The notes: generated by a model not told the origin, from the letters alone. Numbered from the stretch's first letter, positions 47,712 through 58,167 are shown. The stretch is DNA of 64,000 nucleotides from Holosporaceae bacterium (GCA_031258575.1 JAIRMQ010000029.1:727-64726), one strand, 5' to 3'. Program-made: numbers and translations.

Positions 47712-50281
47712 TGAATAAGCTGGCTGTACTAGTAGACGGATCCGGCTTTATATATCGTGCTTACTATGCTCTACCGCCTCTGATAAATAGGGATGGACGT
47801 TCGGTAGGCGCTCTTTATGGTTTCTGTAGAATGCTTATATCGTTGCTGGAAAAACACAGGTCTGATTTATTTTGCGTAGTTTTAGATAGTGGGAGAGATA
47901 CATTCCGGATGCAGATATATCCAGAATACAAAGCTAACCGTAGTGAAACTCCAGAAGAGTTGAAGGCTCAGCTTCCTATGCTAAAAGATGTCTGCGACGC
48001 TTTCGGAGTTCCCAATATTAAAAAAAAGGGATTTGAGGCAGATGATATAATTGCAACTTACTCTGACAAAATGTCTCGGTCAGGCTACGAGGTGAGAATT
48101 GTCTCATCAGATAAAGATTTAATGCAATTAGTAACTGATAAGGTATCTTTATTCGATCCGATGAAATCAAAAATCATCCAATCCGAGGAAGTAATAGAAA
48201 AATATGGGGTATTGCCATCTCAGATGGTCTTTTTCCAAGCTCTCATGGGAGACGCTTCCGATAATGTTCCTGGAATTGAAGGAATCGGGCCTAAAACAGC
48301 TTCAAAATTAATAAATGAATTTCAAACGATAGATAGACTGTACGATAATATCGAATATGTGAAATCAGAAAAAATCAGAAATAATTTAATAACTCAAAAA
48401 GAAGCTCTTGATATTTCTTTGAAGCTAGTGACTCTGGAAAAAAATGCTGAAATTGACGAGGATTTCCGTGATTTTACTGTATCATTTGATCCGGTTAAAG
48501 CAGTGGAATTTTTAAAAACAATCGGTTTCGAATCGTTAATTAAACGAATTGGAGGGAAATCCAGCGATTTTAGCGATCAGAAGCGTATACGTTACGCTAT
48601 TTCTTCCGCTAGCGATTTGAAAAATTTTTTCGAGTTAAATCGAGTGCAAAAATTCAGTTTCTTCCATTCTTCGTGTATAAATGGAAACAACGTACTCGCA
48701 ATGTGTTGTGGAACAAGAACTGCCTATTGCATTTTCTCAACAATCAACGAAGGAGACTTGTTCAATCAAGCTCTGTTGAATTATCAAGAGATATGCGAGG
48801 TATTAAAGCCGTATCTTGAATCTGAAATACAGAAAATAGGAATCAAAAACGGAGTTCGCTACTTTAAAAATATAGAATGCCGCTTCTACGATGATTTATC
48901 TGTTATGGTTTATTTACTACGCGGTGCACTATCTGGAGACAAAGTCGAAGAGATCTTTGAAAATAATCCAGACCCAACTTGTAGGCTGCAATTTAAAAAT
49001 GTCTGTGAAGTGGATGATATATGCAAGGTAACGGAATTAATTTACGATAATTATGAGGAAATACAAAGCGCTCTCAAGAAGCAAGGCCTCTTCAAAATCT
49101 ACGAAGAGATTGATCGTCCATTAATAAACATATTAAAAAATATGGAAGAGAATGGAATTACTATTTCCCATAAAAAATTAATAGATTTATCAGAGGAATT
49201 TTCCCAAAAAATAAAACAGATAGAACGTGAAATTTTTGAAATAGTCGGGTGCGAATTCAATATAGGTTCTGTAAAACAGCTGGCAGAAGTGCTTTTTTCG
49301 AAGTTAAATATTCCAAAGTTAAATAAAAAAACATCTTTAGACATAGAAAATTTAGAGGAATTATCTATTCATAGTTCCGTTCCATCCTTGGTTATCGAAT
49401 GGAGAAAACTATCAAAATTGTTATCTGGATATACCTTATCATTATGTAAATTAGCTGATCCGGAAACTAGTAAAGTACATTCTACGTTCAATATGGCATC
49501 TACTCTTACCGGGAGACTGTCCTCTTCTAATCCGAATTTGCAAAATATTCCCCACAGAACGAAATATGGAAAAATGATTCGAGAAGCTTTCATAAGCAAG
49601 CCAAATCATAAATTATTATCTTTTGATTATTCGCAAATAGAATTAAGAGTTTTAGCTCATATGGCTGATATACAACTACTAAAAGATGCTTTTCTTAAAG
49701 AAAAAGACATCCACGCTATAACTGCAGCTAATTTATTTAGGGCAAATCTAGAAGAAGTTACAGAAGAAATGCGCGCTCATGCAAAAGTCATTAATTTCGG
49801 GATAATTTATGGTATGTCTCCGTTTGGTCTATCAAATGCGCTTTCTATTTCTCCAGGAGAAGCGAAAAACTATATCCAGAATTACTTTTCACGTTTTCCA
49901 GAATTTGAGAAATTCAAAACAAAAACTTTAGAATTTGCAAAAAAACATGGATATGTTGAAACCATTACAGGAAGGCGGTGCTATATTAAAGATATATCCT
50001 CTTCTAATTATCAAATGCGACAATTCGGAGAAAGACAAGCGATAAACGCAGTTATTCAGGGAACCGCTTCTGATATTGTTAAGATTGCTATGATAAATAT
50101 CTCGCCGAAATTAAAAGATCTTCATTCGAAAATGCTAATTCAAATACATGATGAATTAGTTTTCGAAACGGAAGAAGATTTTGTTGAAAAAGCTACCACT
50201 GCAATAAAAAATATTATGTCTCAAGCTACAAATCTGTCTGTTCCGCTAAAAGTAAATGTTTCTATTGGAAGTACTCTATAA
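47711..50281 (+). CDS. polA: DNA polymerase I
   Basis: 5'-nuclease N-terminus (DGSGFIYRAYYALPP, GIEGIGPKTASKL). Pol motif A LLSFDYSQIELRVLAH, motif B RAHAKVINFGIIYGMS, motif C IQIHDELVFE. Confidence 0.96.
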   Translation: MNKLAVLVDGSGFIYRAYYALPPLINRDGRSVGALYGFCRMLISLLEKHRSDLFCVVLDSGRDTFRMQIYPEYKANRSETPEELKAQLPMLKDVCDAFGVPNIKKKGFEADDIIATYSDKMSRSGYEVRIVSSDKDLMQLVTDKVSLFDPMKSKIIQSEEVIEKYGVLPSQMVFFQALMGDASDNVPGIEGIGPKTASKLINEFQTIDRLYDNIEYVKSEKIRNNLITQKEALDISLKLVTLEKNAEIDEDFRDFTVSFDPVKAVEFLKTIGFESLIKRIGGKSSDFSDQKRIRYAISSASDLKNFFELNRVQKFSFFHSSCINGNNVLAMCCGTRTAYCIFSTINEGDLFNQALLNYQEICEVLKPYLESEIQKIGIKNGVRYFKNIECRFYDDLSVMVYLLRGALSGDKVEEIFENNPDPTCRLQFKNVCEVDDICKVTELIYDNYEEIQSALKKQGLFKIYEEIDRPLINILKNMEENGITISHKKLIDLSEEFSQKIKQIEREIFEIVGCEFNIGSVKQLAEVLFSKLNIPKLNKKTSLDIENLEELSIHSSVPSLVIEWRKLSKLLSGYTLSLCKLADPETSKVHSTFNMASTLTGRLSSSNPNLQNIPHRTKYGKMIREAFISKPNHKLLSFDYSQIELRVLAHMADIQLLKDAFLKEKDIHAITAANLFRANLEEVTEEMRAHAKVINFGIIYGMSPFGLSNALSISPGEAKNYIQNYFSRFPEFEKFKTKTLEFAKKHGYVETITGRRCYIKDISSSNYQMRQFGERQAINAVIQGTASDIVKIAMINISPKLKDLHSKMLIQIHDELVFETEEDFVEKATTAIKNIMSQATNLSVPLKVNVSIGSTL

Positions 50282-50282
50282 T

Positions 50283-50984
50283 ATGGAAACAAGTGAAGAT
50301 ACTATCTTAAACGGAAGAATAAAGCTGCTTCAGCCTAAGAATGGATATCGAGTGGCTGTAGATCCGATTATTTTAGCTTATTTCGTTGATTCATTCCCTG
50401 AACAAAAAGTCCTTGATGTTGGATGCGGAGCAGGAACGGTTTCTTTAATATTAAAAATGAGGGAAAAATTAACAAAAATAACCGCTATCGATTTAGATGA
50501 AAAAATGTGTCATATTTGCCGACAAAATTCTCAAAAAAATCTTCTTAACATAGACGTTATAAATGTAGATATAAAGCACTTTTCGGAAAAATCGTTTGAT
50601 CAGGTTGTAACCAATCCTCCTTTTTTCGAGGAGCAATTTTTTAGAACATCTGCTTTGCAGAGATTAGCGAAATTTGAGACGATTTCGATCTCAGAGTGGA
50701 TTAAATCTTGCTTCCAAGCTTTGAAACCAAGAGGAGTATTTACAATGATCCACAGAGCGGTTCGCATAGGCGATATTTTATATGCGCTAAAGTTAGTTAA
50801 AGCTGGAGGAACCGTCATAGTTCCGATATATTCTAAAGAAAATCAAGAGGCCAAGCGAATTGTCGTTCGATCTATAAAAGGAAGCAAAGCGGAACCCAAA
50901 ATACTTCCCGGTTTATTGATACATAAAACTGACGGTACTTATTCAGATATGATGCAAAAAATATTATCAGGAGAAATAAAATGA
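50283..50984 (+). CDS. SAM-dependent methyltransferase with NPPF motif (TrmN6/YfiC-like)
   Basis: LLQPKNGYRVAVDPIILA, SAM motif VLDVGCGAG, and catalytic VVTNPPFF. ATG 50283 is preferred. Confidence 0.7.
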   Translation: METSEDTILNGRIKLLQPKNGYRVAVDPIILAYFVDSFPEQKVLDVGCGAGTVSLILKMREKLTKITAIDLDEKMCHICRQNSQKNLLNIDVINVDIKHFSEKSFDQVVTNPPFFEEQFFRTSALQRLAKFETISISEWIKSCFQALKPRGVFTMIHRAVRIGDILYALKLVKAGGTVIVPIYSKENQEAKRIVVRSIKGSKAEPKILPGLLIHKTDGTYSDMMQKILSGEIK

Positions 50985-51904
50985 ATGAAAAAATTACAGA
51001 TGTTTTAATTATGGGCAGCGGTCCAGCAGGATACACAGCTGCGATTTACGCTGCTAGAGCTGGTAGATCGGTAAAAATAATCTCCGGATTTGAACCTGGC
51101 GGGCAATTAATGATCACTTCTTCCATAGAAAATTATCCGGGATTTGCAGAGGGCATATCCGGTCCTGAATTAATGGAAAGAATGAAACAACAGGTAGAAA
51201 AAACAGGAGCGGAAATAATATTCGATTCGATTAAATCAGTTGATTTTTCTCGAAAACCATTTGTTTGTATTGGAGATTCTGGAGAAGCGTACAAGAGCAA
51301 AGTTGTTATTATCTCCACCGGCGCAAGTGCAAAGTGGCTTGGAATTCCGGGAGAAGAGAAATACCGTGGAGCCGGTGTCTCTGCCTGTGCGACATGCGAT
51401 GGTTTTTTCTTTCGCAATAAAAATGTCGCGGTTGTAGGGGGAGGAAATACGGCAGTTGAAGAAGCTCTGCTTCTTACTAATTTCGCCTCGAGTGTTACAT
51501 TAATTCACAGAAGAGACAAGCTACGAGCTGAAAAAATTATGCAAGACCGCCTTTTAAAAAATCCCAAAATTAATGTGATGTGGAATACGACGGTGTCTGA
51601 AATATTGGGAAATGGAACTAAAGTCACAGAACTATCTTTAATAAAAAACGAAGTAAATGTGTCAAAAGCTATTGATGGAGTCTTTATAGCTGTAGGGCAT
51701 CAACCGGCCACGTCCATATTCAACGAACAACTGAAAATTGATGGGAACGGATATATAATCACCCCGGAAGCTAATACTTCCACATCAATACCAGGGATTT
51801 TTGCTGCAGGAGACGTATGCGATCCGAATTATAGACAAGCAATAATATCGGCTGCCAAAGGATGCATGGCTGCCCTTGACGCAGATAAATTCTTATCACG
51901 TTAA
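50981..51904 (+). CDS. trxB: Thioredoxin reductase
   Basis: FAD motif GSGPAGYTAAIYAARA, redox-active CATCDG, NADPH motif GGGNTAVEEA. Confidence 0.95.
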   Translation: MNEKITDVLIMGSGPAGYTAAIYAARAGRSVKIISGFEPGGQLMITSSIENYPGFAEGISGPELMERMKQQVEKTGAEIIFDSIKSVDFSRKPFVCIGDSGEAYKSKVVIISTGASAKWLGIPGEEKYRGAGVSACATCDGFFFRNKNVAVVGGGNTAVEEALLLTNFASSVTLIHRRDKLRAEKIMQDRLLKNPKINVMWNTTVSEILGNGTKVTELSLIKNEVNVSKAIDGVFIAVGHQPATSIFNEQLKIDGNGYIITPEANTSTSIPGIFAAGDVCDPNYRQAIISAAKGCMAALDADKFLSR

Positions 51905-51967
51905 GTAGTACCTCCATGTAATTAATGGTTTTCTCTAGTTTCGAAAAAGTTTTAATTATACGGAAAC

Positions 51968-51999
51968 GGCGATGATATTTTAAATATCACCGCCTTTTG
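51968..51999 (+). terminator. Rho-independent terminator candidate downstream of trxB
   Basis: Hairpin GGCGATGATAT...ATATCACCGCC (about 10 bp with one A-C mismatch) followed by TTTT, 64 nt after the trxB stop. Confidence 0.55.
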
Positions 52000-52087
52000 T
52001 AACCTAGCTTTGAAACTGAACTTCTGCTTTGAAATGTAAACTTCTTGATAGAAGTCCGATTCAATTCTTCTGTGGTTCAGCCCTTGC

Positions 52088-53074
52088 CTATCTCACAGGC
52101 TGTTTTTTCTGCGAAGTTGTGCTTCCCTGAGTTTGGTTCTTTTGTCCTCGTGTTTTTTTTCCCCTAGAATTGGTCCCAGGCCTCTTTTGCGCAGTCGGGT
52201 TTACCTTTACCAATGGTGTTGGTTTTTTTCCAGATAGACTTCTCTCTTGTGGAATGGGAGAAGGGTTATTTTCACTAGTAGTAGTACTTTTACTTAGATC
52301 GGAAGTGGTACTTTTATTTGGATCGGAAGTGGTACTTCCACTTAGATCGGAAGGGGTACTTTCACTTGAATCGGAAGAGGTACTTTTACTTGGATCGGAA
52401 GTGGTACTTTCACTTGAATCGGAAGGGGTACTTTTACTTGGATCGGAAGGGGTATCTTCAGGGGGGTCTTCTTCAAAGCTAAGAGGATTTGAACTAAAAA
52501 TAGTGGCTTCATGCGATATCAAATTGTCCAAGTCACCATTTATTCCATTCAAACTATTCCGGCACCCTTGGAGCAAAGCTTTGATGCCAGAAATAAGCTG
52601 AGCACTAATCCTAACCGAAGCTTTAGGATCATCACCACCAAGTTTTGAAATTACCTCATTTAGATTTTCCACCAAACTTTGCACCCTTGTAGCTTGATTT
52701 GTTCTGGCAACTTTCACTTCTCTTATAAGTTGATTTTTGTAACTGTTGAGATGTTCATTAATCTCTTCTTGGATCTGTTGCTTTTCAGCTTCATGCTTGG
52801 TTTTAAGCTCCGCATGTGCTGTTTTTAGACTTTCCATCTCACCAGAGTGCTTTGTGTCGCGCTCATCTAGGATGGTTTTTAGCGTGCCAATGTTCTCTGT
52901 TAGGATAGGTGCTTGCTCTGCAATCTTTGATCCTACTTGTTGTAGATTTGCGACAACTGATTCTATCGTTGGTTGAGTTAAACTAGTACCCGTTTCAATT
53001 TCCAGGCTCCAAACCTTACTGCCAAGCATCGCAAGCATTGCGATTGCAGAAATTTTTACTACTCTTTTTTCCAT
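52088..53074 (-). CDS. Secreted/surface-type protein with coiled-coil N-half, Ser/Thr-rich 8-aa tandem repeats and a basic C-tail
   Basis: ATG 53074 follows GAAAGGAG. Signal-like N-terminus MEKRVVKISAIAMLAMLGSKVWS. Seven T-x-S-D-x-x-x-S repeats, then the tail KRPGTNSRGKKTRGQKNQ. Confidence 0.7.
   Translation of the reverse strand: MEKRVVKISAIAMLAMLGSKVWSLEIETGTSLTQPTIESVVANLQQVGSKIAEQAPILTENIGTLKTILDERDTKHSGEMESLKTAHAELKTKHEAEKQQIQEEINEHLNSYKNQLIREVKVARTNQATRVQSLVENLNEVISKLGGDDPKASVRISAQLISGIKALLQGCRNSLNGINGDLDNLISHEATIFSSNPLSFEEDPPEDTPSDPSKSTPSDSSESTTSDPSKSTSSDSSESTPSDLSGSTTSDPNKSTTSDLSKSTTTSENNPSPIPQERSLSGKKPTPLVKVNPTAQKRPGTNSRGKKTRGQKNQTQGSTTSQKKQPVR
52286..52453 (-). repeat. Seven tandem, in-frame 24-bp repeats (consensus about GGATCGGAAGTGGTACTTTTACTT on + strand)
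   Basis: Direct reading of the sequence. The encoded units are TPSDPSKS/TPSDSSES/TTSDPSKS/TSSDSSES/TPSDLSGS/TTSDPNKS/TTSDLSKS. Confidence 0.9.
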
Positions 53075-53148
53075 TATAGTACTCCTTTCTATTTTCAAAT
53101 ATGAAAGAATATTGACATAATAACGTAAAGAAAAAGTAAATTTTTCTA

Positions 53149-53160
53149 TTTTTTTTTTTT
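53149..53160. repeat. T12/A12 homopolymer upstream of the repeat-protein gene
   Basis: Twelve consecutive T on the + strand, about 75 nt upstream of ATG 53074 on the minus strand. Confidence 0.95.
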
Positions 53161-53169
53161 AATTAGATG

Positions 53170-54024
53170 CTAACCTTTGACGGCTCCAGCAGTTAATCCG
53201 GATATTATTTTACGCTGAAATATGACAACCAATAGCATCAATGGCAATGTAACAGTTACTCCGGCCGCCATAATTAATCCGTATGGGAATTCATGTTGAC
53301 TTGCTCCGCTAAATAATGCCAAAGAAACTGGAACGGTTCTGGCTTGATTTGTTAAGGTAAACGTTAACGCGAACAAAAACTCGTTCCACGCAGCGATAAA
53401 CGCTAACAATCCTGTAGTAACTATCGCCGGCTTTAATATCGGAATAAATACTTTCGTCAAAATAGTATACTGTGATGCGCCATCCATTATTGCCGCCTCC
53501 TCCAAATCTTTAGGAATGCTGTTCATAAAATTCGTCATGACCCACAATGTAAAAGGTACAGTTATAATCATATAAGCAAGAACAAGCGCTGATTTTTCAT
53601 TATATATATCAAAAATCCGAATCATTTCAAACATTCCAGACAAAACTGCGACATGTGGAAGAGTAGTCACTCCGAGAGCTGTCATTAGAACACGTTTTCT
53701 TCCGGTGAACTTGCGTCTAGCTAGCGGATACGCAGCGAAAAGACAAACTATTGATGCGAGTACTGAGGTTATTATGGCAACGCTGGTCGAGTTCCAAAGA
53801 GCACATCCAAAAGTAATATCGTTGAAAATATATTTATAATTTTCAAAAGTAATACGAGATGGAAAAAGGTTGGCAGAAAACACATCGGAACTACAGCGTA
53901 GTGAAGATATTATCGCCCAATAAAATGGAAATAAGCAACAAACGGCAATAACTATACATAAAGCGCAAAAAAACATCTTTTTCAGCGTTCTTTTGAATTT
54001 CCATTTACTTACTTTTAAAATCAT
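53170..54024 (-). CDS. Carbohydrate-type ABC transporter permease (MalG/UgpE-like)
   Basis: Six TM helices and EAA loop EEAAIMDGASQYTILTKVFIPILKP. Confidence 0.88.
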   Translation of the reverse strand: MILKVSKWKFKRTLKKMFFCALCIVIAVCCLFPFYWAIISSLRCSSDVFSANLFPSRITFENYKYIFNDITFGCALWNSTSVAIITSVLASIVCLFAAYPLARRKFTGRKRVLMTALGVTTLPHVAVLSGMFEMIRIFDIYNEKSALVLAYMIITVPFTLWVMTNFMNSIPKDLEEAAIMDGASQYTILTKVFIPILKPAIVTTGLLAFIAAWNEFLFALTFTLTNQARTVPVSLALFSGASQHEFPYGLIMAAGVTVTLPLMLLVVIFQRKIISGLTAGAVKG

Positions 54025-54026
54025 GA

Positions 54027-54929
54027 TTAATCTCGCATTTTCCTGCTGCTAAACGAAATATAAATAACTCCTAAAAATGCGACGAAAAATAACAAAACTG
54101 TTGCAGCAGCGGATCCGTATCCGACTTCATTATAATCCACCAGATGTTTTCTTGCGAATACAGACATAGTTGCGTTTGCACTGTTTCCGCTACTTAAGAT
54201 ATACACCAAATCAAATATTTTTACAGCGTCTAGTGTTCTAAAAATCATAGCAACGATAATAGTTGGTTTCATTAGCGGAAGAATTAACTTGAAGAACTTT
54301 TTTAATGGGGGAATACTATCTACGTCAGCTGCCTCGAAGCAATCTTGGGGTAAAGATTGCAATCCGGCAAGCAATAGTAGAGCCATATAAGGAGTTGTTT
54401 TCCAAACATCTACTAGAATTATCGAAACAATGCTCATAGTATTAGACACAGTCCATGGGATCGGAACGTCTATAATCGAAGCCCTAATTAATAACTCATT
54501 AATTATGCCATACGCATCATTTAGCATCCAAGCCCACATACGTGCGGAAACAATAGTTGGTATTGTCCAGGGAATTAGTACCACTGCACGCATTATTCCA
54601 CATCCCTTAAAGCTTTTATTGAGAACCAAAGCTACTATTATCCCCAAGCATGTCTCAAGAGGAACTGAGATTATAGCGATAATGAAAGTATTTAAAACAG
54701 CTTTCCACCATTCTTGATTCCTTGCAAGAGAAACGAAGTTATCAGTTCCGACAAACGTAATTTCTTTTAGATTATCGAGAGTCGCGTCTGTAAAACTAAA
54801 GAATATGGTACGAAACAAAGGCCAACCCGCGCATACTACTAATACAATCAAACACGGCGCTAGAAAAAGCCAATTTGATAAGTTATTTCCCACCTTTTTC
54901 TTTTTTATTATGGGTAAAATCAATTTCAT
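54027..54929 (-). CDS. Carbohydrate-type ABC transporter permease (MalF/UgpA-like)
   Basis: Six TM helices and EAA loop FEAADVDSIPPLKKFFKLILPLMKP. Confidence 0.88.
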   Translation of the reverse strand: MKLILPIIKKKKVGNNLSNWLFLAPCLIVLVVCAGWPLFRTIFFSFTDATLDNLKEITFVGTDNFVSLARNQEWWKAVLNTFIIAIISVPLETCLGIIVALVLNKSFKGCGIMRAVVLIPWTIPTIVSARMWAWMLNDAYGIINELLIRASIIDVPIPWTVSNTMSIVSIILVDVWKTTPYMALLLLAGLQSLPQDCFEAADVDSIPPLKKFFKLILPLMKPTIIVAMIFRTLDAVKIFDLVYILSSGNSANATMSVFARKHLVDYNEVGYGSAAATVLLFFVAFLGVIYISFSSRKMRD

Positions 54930-54932
54930 CGT

Positions 54933-56276
54933 CTAGAATCCGAAAAACTTTTTGATTCTATTCCAAAACCCTTCTTTTTTAGTAGGACGATTTTTTTCCG
55001 AATCCTTTTCGCTGTATTTAATGGTGTTAAGCTTTTTGTTTAAGCGCTTCAACTCTCTTTTTATATTTACTTTAGATTCAATGCTGTCGGTTAATATAGT
55101 ATTAACCGCATTAAATATCTCTGAACTGGCCTTTGAATAATTCTTTCCAAAATATTCTGAAGGTCTAGTAACTGCGTTTTTTAATGACTCACGTATTTGA
55201 ACGAAAAAAGGATTATCTTTTAATACCTGGGGATCTTCATACAGGCTCTTAAAGGCGGGTAAATATGAATTTTTCGAGCGAATTCGTTGTTGTTCTTTGC
55301 AGGTTAAGAATTTTACAAGATTTGCCGCTAAAGCTTTATGTCTAGAGTATCTAGAAACTGTCACAAACCATCCTCCTAGAACACCGGACGCTTTTCCGCC
55401 ATCTTCACTTGGAGGAATAGCCATTACTTTGACCTTTCCAGCGACTGCTGTCGACGGATCGTTTAGAAGCGACCATGCATATGGCCAATTTTTCATAAAC
55501 ACTGCATTTCCGGATTGAAAGACTCCACGACTATCCTCTTCCGAATAATTTAAAATGCTACGAGTTGAGATGTTCTTTAGGCAATCTATCAAAAACAAGA
55601 GGGATTTTTGTATTTCTTCGGAATCAACGTTCACTTTTCCGTCTTTAATAAGCGATCCTCCAAAGGAATCCACTATTTCTACGAAATTACACGTAAGCAT
55701 CTCAAACGCTTTCGCTTGAAAAACAAATCCGCAAAATTTATTTTTCTTTTCAGGATTCTTCCTTTCTTCATTCTGTATATATAGAGCTACGTCGTAAAGC
55801 TCCTGCCATGTTTTTGGAACCGGTTGTTCGTAATTTTCCAGTAGATCGGCTCGATAGTATATAATACCGCAGTCTGCATAGAGAGGCAAAGCTACCATAC
55901 GCTTGCCAGAATACATGCTGCGTTTAATCGCGTCGAAATAATCATCTATATCTATTTCATTAGGAGTATAAAACTCGGATAAATCAGCTAAGGAATCTGC
56001 AAAAACTCCTATCCATGCAACATCCATTTGCATAATATCCACGTCGAAAGCTTCTGCGCTTAACCACTGCTTGTAGAGAGCAAAACATTCATTACTTGCA
56101 TGAGGCAAAACAATGACTTCAACTTTATGTTCGTTACCAGTTCTTTTTACCCATTCATCAATCGTTTCTTTTAAAAGCGTTAGCTCCATTCCCTTAGAAC
56201 GGCAGGTAATTTTAAGAGTTATACAATTAGAGCTAAAAAAATAAAAAATGAACAAAAACGCAATTAATTTTTTCAC
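54933..56276 (-). CDS. ABC transporter substrate-binding protein (family 1, sugar-type)
   Basis: Signal peptide MKKLIAFLFIFYFFSSNC. Size and layout fit a cluster-1 SBP, and it is the first gene of the SBP-permease-permease operon. Confidence 0.82.
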   Translation of the reverse strand: MKKLIAFLFIFYFFSSNCITLKITCRSKGMELTLLKETIDEWVKRTGNEHKVEVIVLPHASNECFALYKQWLSAEAFDVDIMQMDVAWIGVFADSLADLSEFYTPNEIDIDDYFDAIKRSMYSGKRMVALPLYADCGIIYYRADLLENYEQPVPKTWQELYDVALYIQNEERKNPEKKNKFCGFVFQAKAFEMLTCNFVEIVDSFGGSLIKDGKVNVDSEEIQKSLLFLIDCLKNISTRSILNYSEEDSRGVFQSGNAVFMKNWPYAWSLLNDPSTAVAGKVKVMAIPPSEDGGKASGVLGGWFVTVSRYSRHKALAANLVKFLTCKEQQRIRSKNSYLPAFKSLYEDPQVLKDNPFFVQIRESLKNAVTRPSEYFGKNYSKASSEIFNAVNTILTDSIESKVNIKRELKRLNKKLNTIKYSEKDSEKNRPTKKEGFWNRIKKFFGF

Positions 56277-56299
56277 ATTATCCTCCGCAGTCAGTCATT

Positions 56300-58096
56300 T
56301 TAGGATACCCCCCTGGGAAAATCAAGTTTTATATGCAATTCTTTTAATTGATTATCAGTTACTAATGACGGAGCGTTCATCATTAAATCCTGCGCCTGCT
56401 GATTTAATGGAAAAGCAATCACTTCTCGGATATTCAGCTCTCCAGCTATTAGCATAATCATTCTATCTATTCCTGGAGCACATCCGCCATGCGGAGGAGC
56501 ACCATACTGAAAAGCGTTGAACATTCCTTTGAATTTTTCTTTAACTACATCAGGACTGTATCCGGCAATTTCAAAAGCTTTTATCATTACTTCCGGAATA
56601 TGATTTCGAATAGCTCCGCTAGATAATTCGATGCCGTTACATACGATATCATATTGATACGCTTTTATTTCCAGGGGATTTATGTTTTGTAGCGCTTCCA
56701 TTCCGCCCTGCGGCATGGAAAACGGATTATGACAAAACTCTATTTTCCCAGTATCTTCATTTAATTCGTACATTGGAAAATCAGTAATCCAGCAAAACTC
56801 AAATCCATCGGAACACAAATTCAAATCGTTTCCTAGCTTTTGCCGCAAGAATCCAGATACTTTTTCAGCCTTTTTCTTTTGTGCGCATATAAAAAATACG
56901 GCACCATTCCAATCGCACCCTTTTCCGCCTTCAGAATGAGAAACACGTTCTTTTATAGTGTGTAGTTGCTTTTTATCAAGGAATTTTGGTATTGGACCTC
57001 TTATGTTTTCATTATCAAATACGATGTATCCTAATCCCGGTAGATCATTTTCTTTCGCCCAATCGTTGAGTTTATCAAAGAAACTACGCGGATGCTTTTC
57101 TATTCCAGAAACTCCTATCGCTCGTATCACTGCACCTTTTTTGATCGATTCTGTAAAAGCAGTAAAAGACAACTTCTCAAATATATCAGTCATTTCATCT
57201 ATTAATAACGGATTTCTTAAATCTGGTTTATCACATCCGTACCTGAGCATTGCAAGATCGTATGGAATTTGACGAAAGGGATACGAAGAGACTTTTTTGT
57301 CAGAAAACTCTTTAAAAATTTCATATATAACGGGCTCAATAGTTCGGAATACGTCTTCTTGTGTAACAAACGACATTTCAAAATCTAGTTGATAAAATTC
57401 TCCAGGAGATCTATCAGCCCTGCTATCTTCATCTCTAAAACAAGGAGCTATTTGAAAATATTTATCGAAACCTGCGACCATTAAAAGCTGCTTGAATTGC
57501 TGTGGAGCTTGCGGAAGAGCGTAAAACTTTCCTGGATACAATCTGCTAGGCACCAAAAAATCCCTCGCGCCCTCTGGTGAACTCGAAGTTAATATAGGAG
57601 TACTAATTTCTAAAAATCCAGCTTTTTTCATTTTTTCACGAATACTCGAAATTATTTGCGAGCGTAAAATAATATTTTTATGAAGAGATTCTCTTCTGAG
57701 ATCTAGAAAACGGTATTTCAAACGAGTTTCTTCCGATAAATCCGAAACACTGCTGATGGCCATTGGGAGATTCTCAACGTAAGAAAGAACTGTGAATTTT
57801 TGTATGAATATTTCAACTTTTCCAGTTGGATTATCATTGTTTATCGTCTCTTGCGCGCGTTCTACTACTTTTCCCTCGATTGTTACAGTGCATTCGTGGC
57901 GAATACTCTCCACATCTGGAAAAAGGATACTCCCGGAGTCTATTACACACTGAGTAATACCATAATGATCTCTTAAATCTAGGAATATTATATTACCATG
58001 ATCTCGTTTCTTATGAACCCAACCGGATAGTTTTACTACTTTATTTACATCGCCTAATCTTAACTCTCCACAATTGTGGGTTCTATAGATATTCAT
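56300..58096 (-). CDS. aspS: Aspartate--tRNA ligase
   Basis: OB anticodon-binding N-domain and class II motifs ([32 protein letters not shown]). Confidence 0.97.
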   Translation of the reverse strand: MNIYRTHNCGELRLGDVNKVVKLSGWVHKKRDHGNIIFLDLRDHYGITQCVIDSGSILFPDVESIRHECTVTIEGKVVERAQETINNDNPTGKVEIFIQKFTVLSYVENLPMAISSVSDLSEETRLKYRFLDLRRESLHKNIILRSQIISSIREKMKKAGFLEISTPILTSSSPEGARDFLVPSRLYPGKFYALPQAPQQFKQLLMVAGFDKYFQIAPCFRDEDSRADRSPGEFYQLDFEMSFVTQEDVFRTIEPVIYEIFKEFSDKKVSSYPFRQIPYDLAMLRYGCDKPDLRNPLLIDEMTDIFEKLSFTAFTESIKKGAVIRAIGVSGIEKHPRSFFDKLNDWAKENDLPGLGYIVFDNENIRGPIPKFLDKKQLHTIKERVSHSEGGKGCDWNGAVFFICAQKKKAEKVSGFLRQKLGNDLNLCSDGFEFCWITDFPMYELNEDTGKIEFCHNPFSMPQGGMEALQNINPLEIKAYQYDIVCNGIELSSGAIRNHIPEVMIKAFEIAGYSPDVVKEKFKGMFNAFQYGAPPHGGCAPGIDRMIMLIAGELNIREVIAFPLNQQAQDLMMNAPSLVTDNQLKELHIKLDFPRGVS

Positions 58097-58167
58097 TATA
58101 TCCTCACAATTAAAAACAATACATTATGCCTTACCCATGAAATGAGAGCAACGATAAAACATAAGAA

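Noticed and set aside
52286-52453. Regular 24-bp repeats that might suggest a CRISPR array
   Set aside because: The units are directly tandem with no spacers and lie in frame inside a long ORF. No cas genes are nearby. This is a coding minisatellite, not a CRISPR array.
52170-52601. 143-aa plus-strand ORF with its own repeat pattern (SEVVLL...GSEGV)
   Set aside because: This is the mirror-strand reading of the 24-bp repeats in the minus-strand gene. It has no start context and is fully embedded antisense, so it is an artefact of the repeat.
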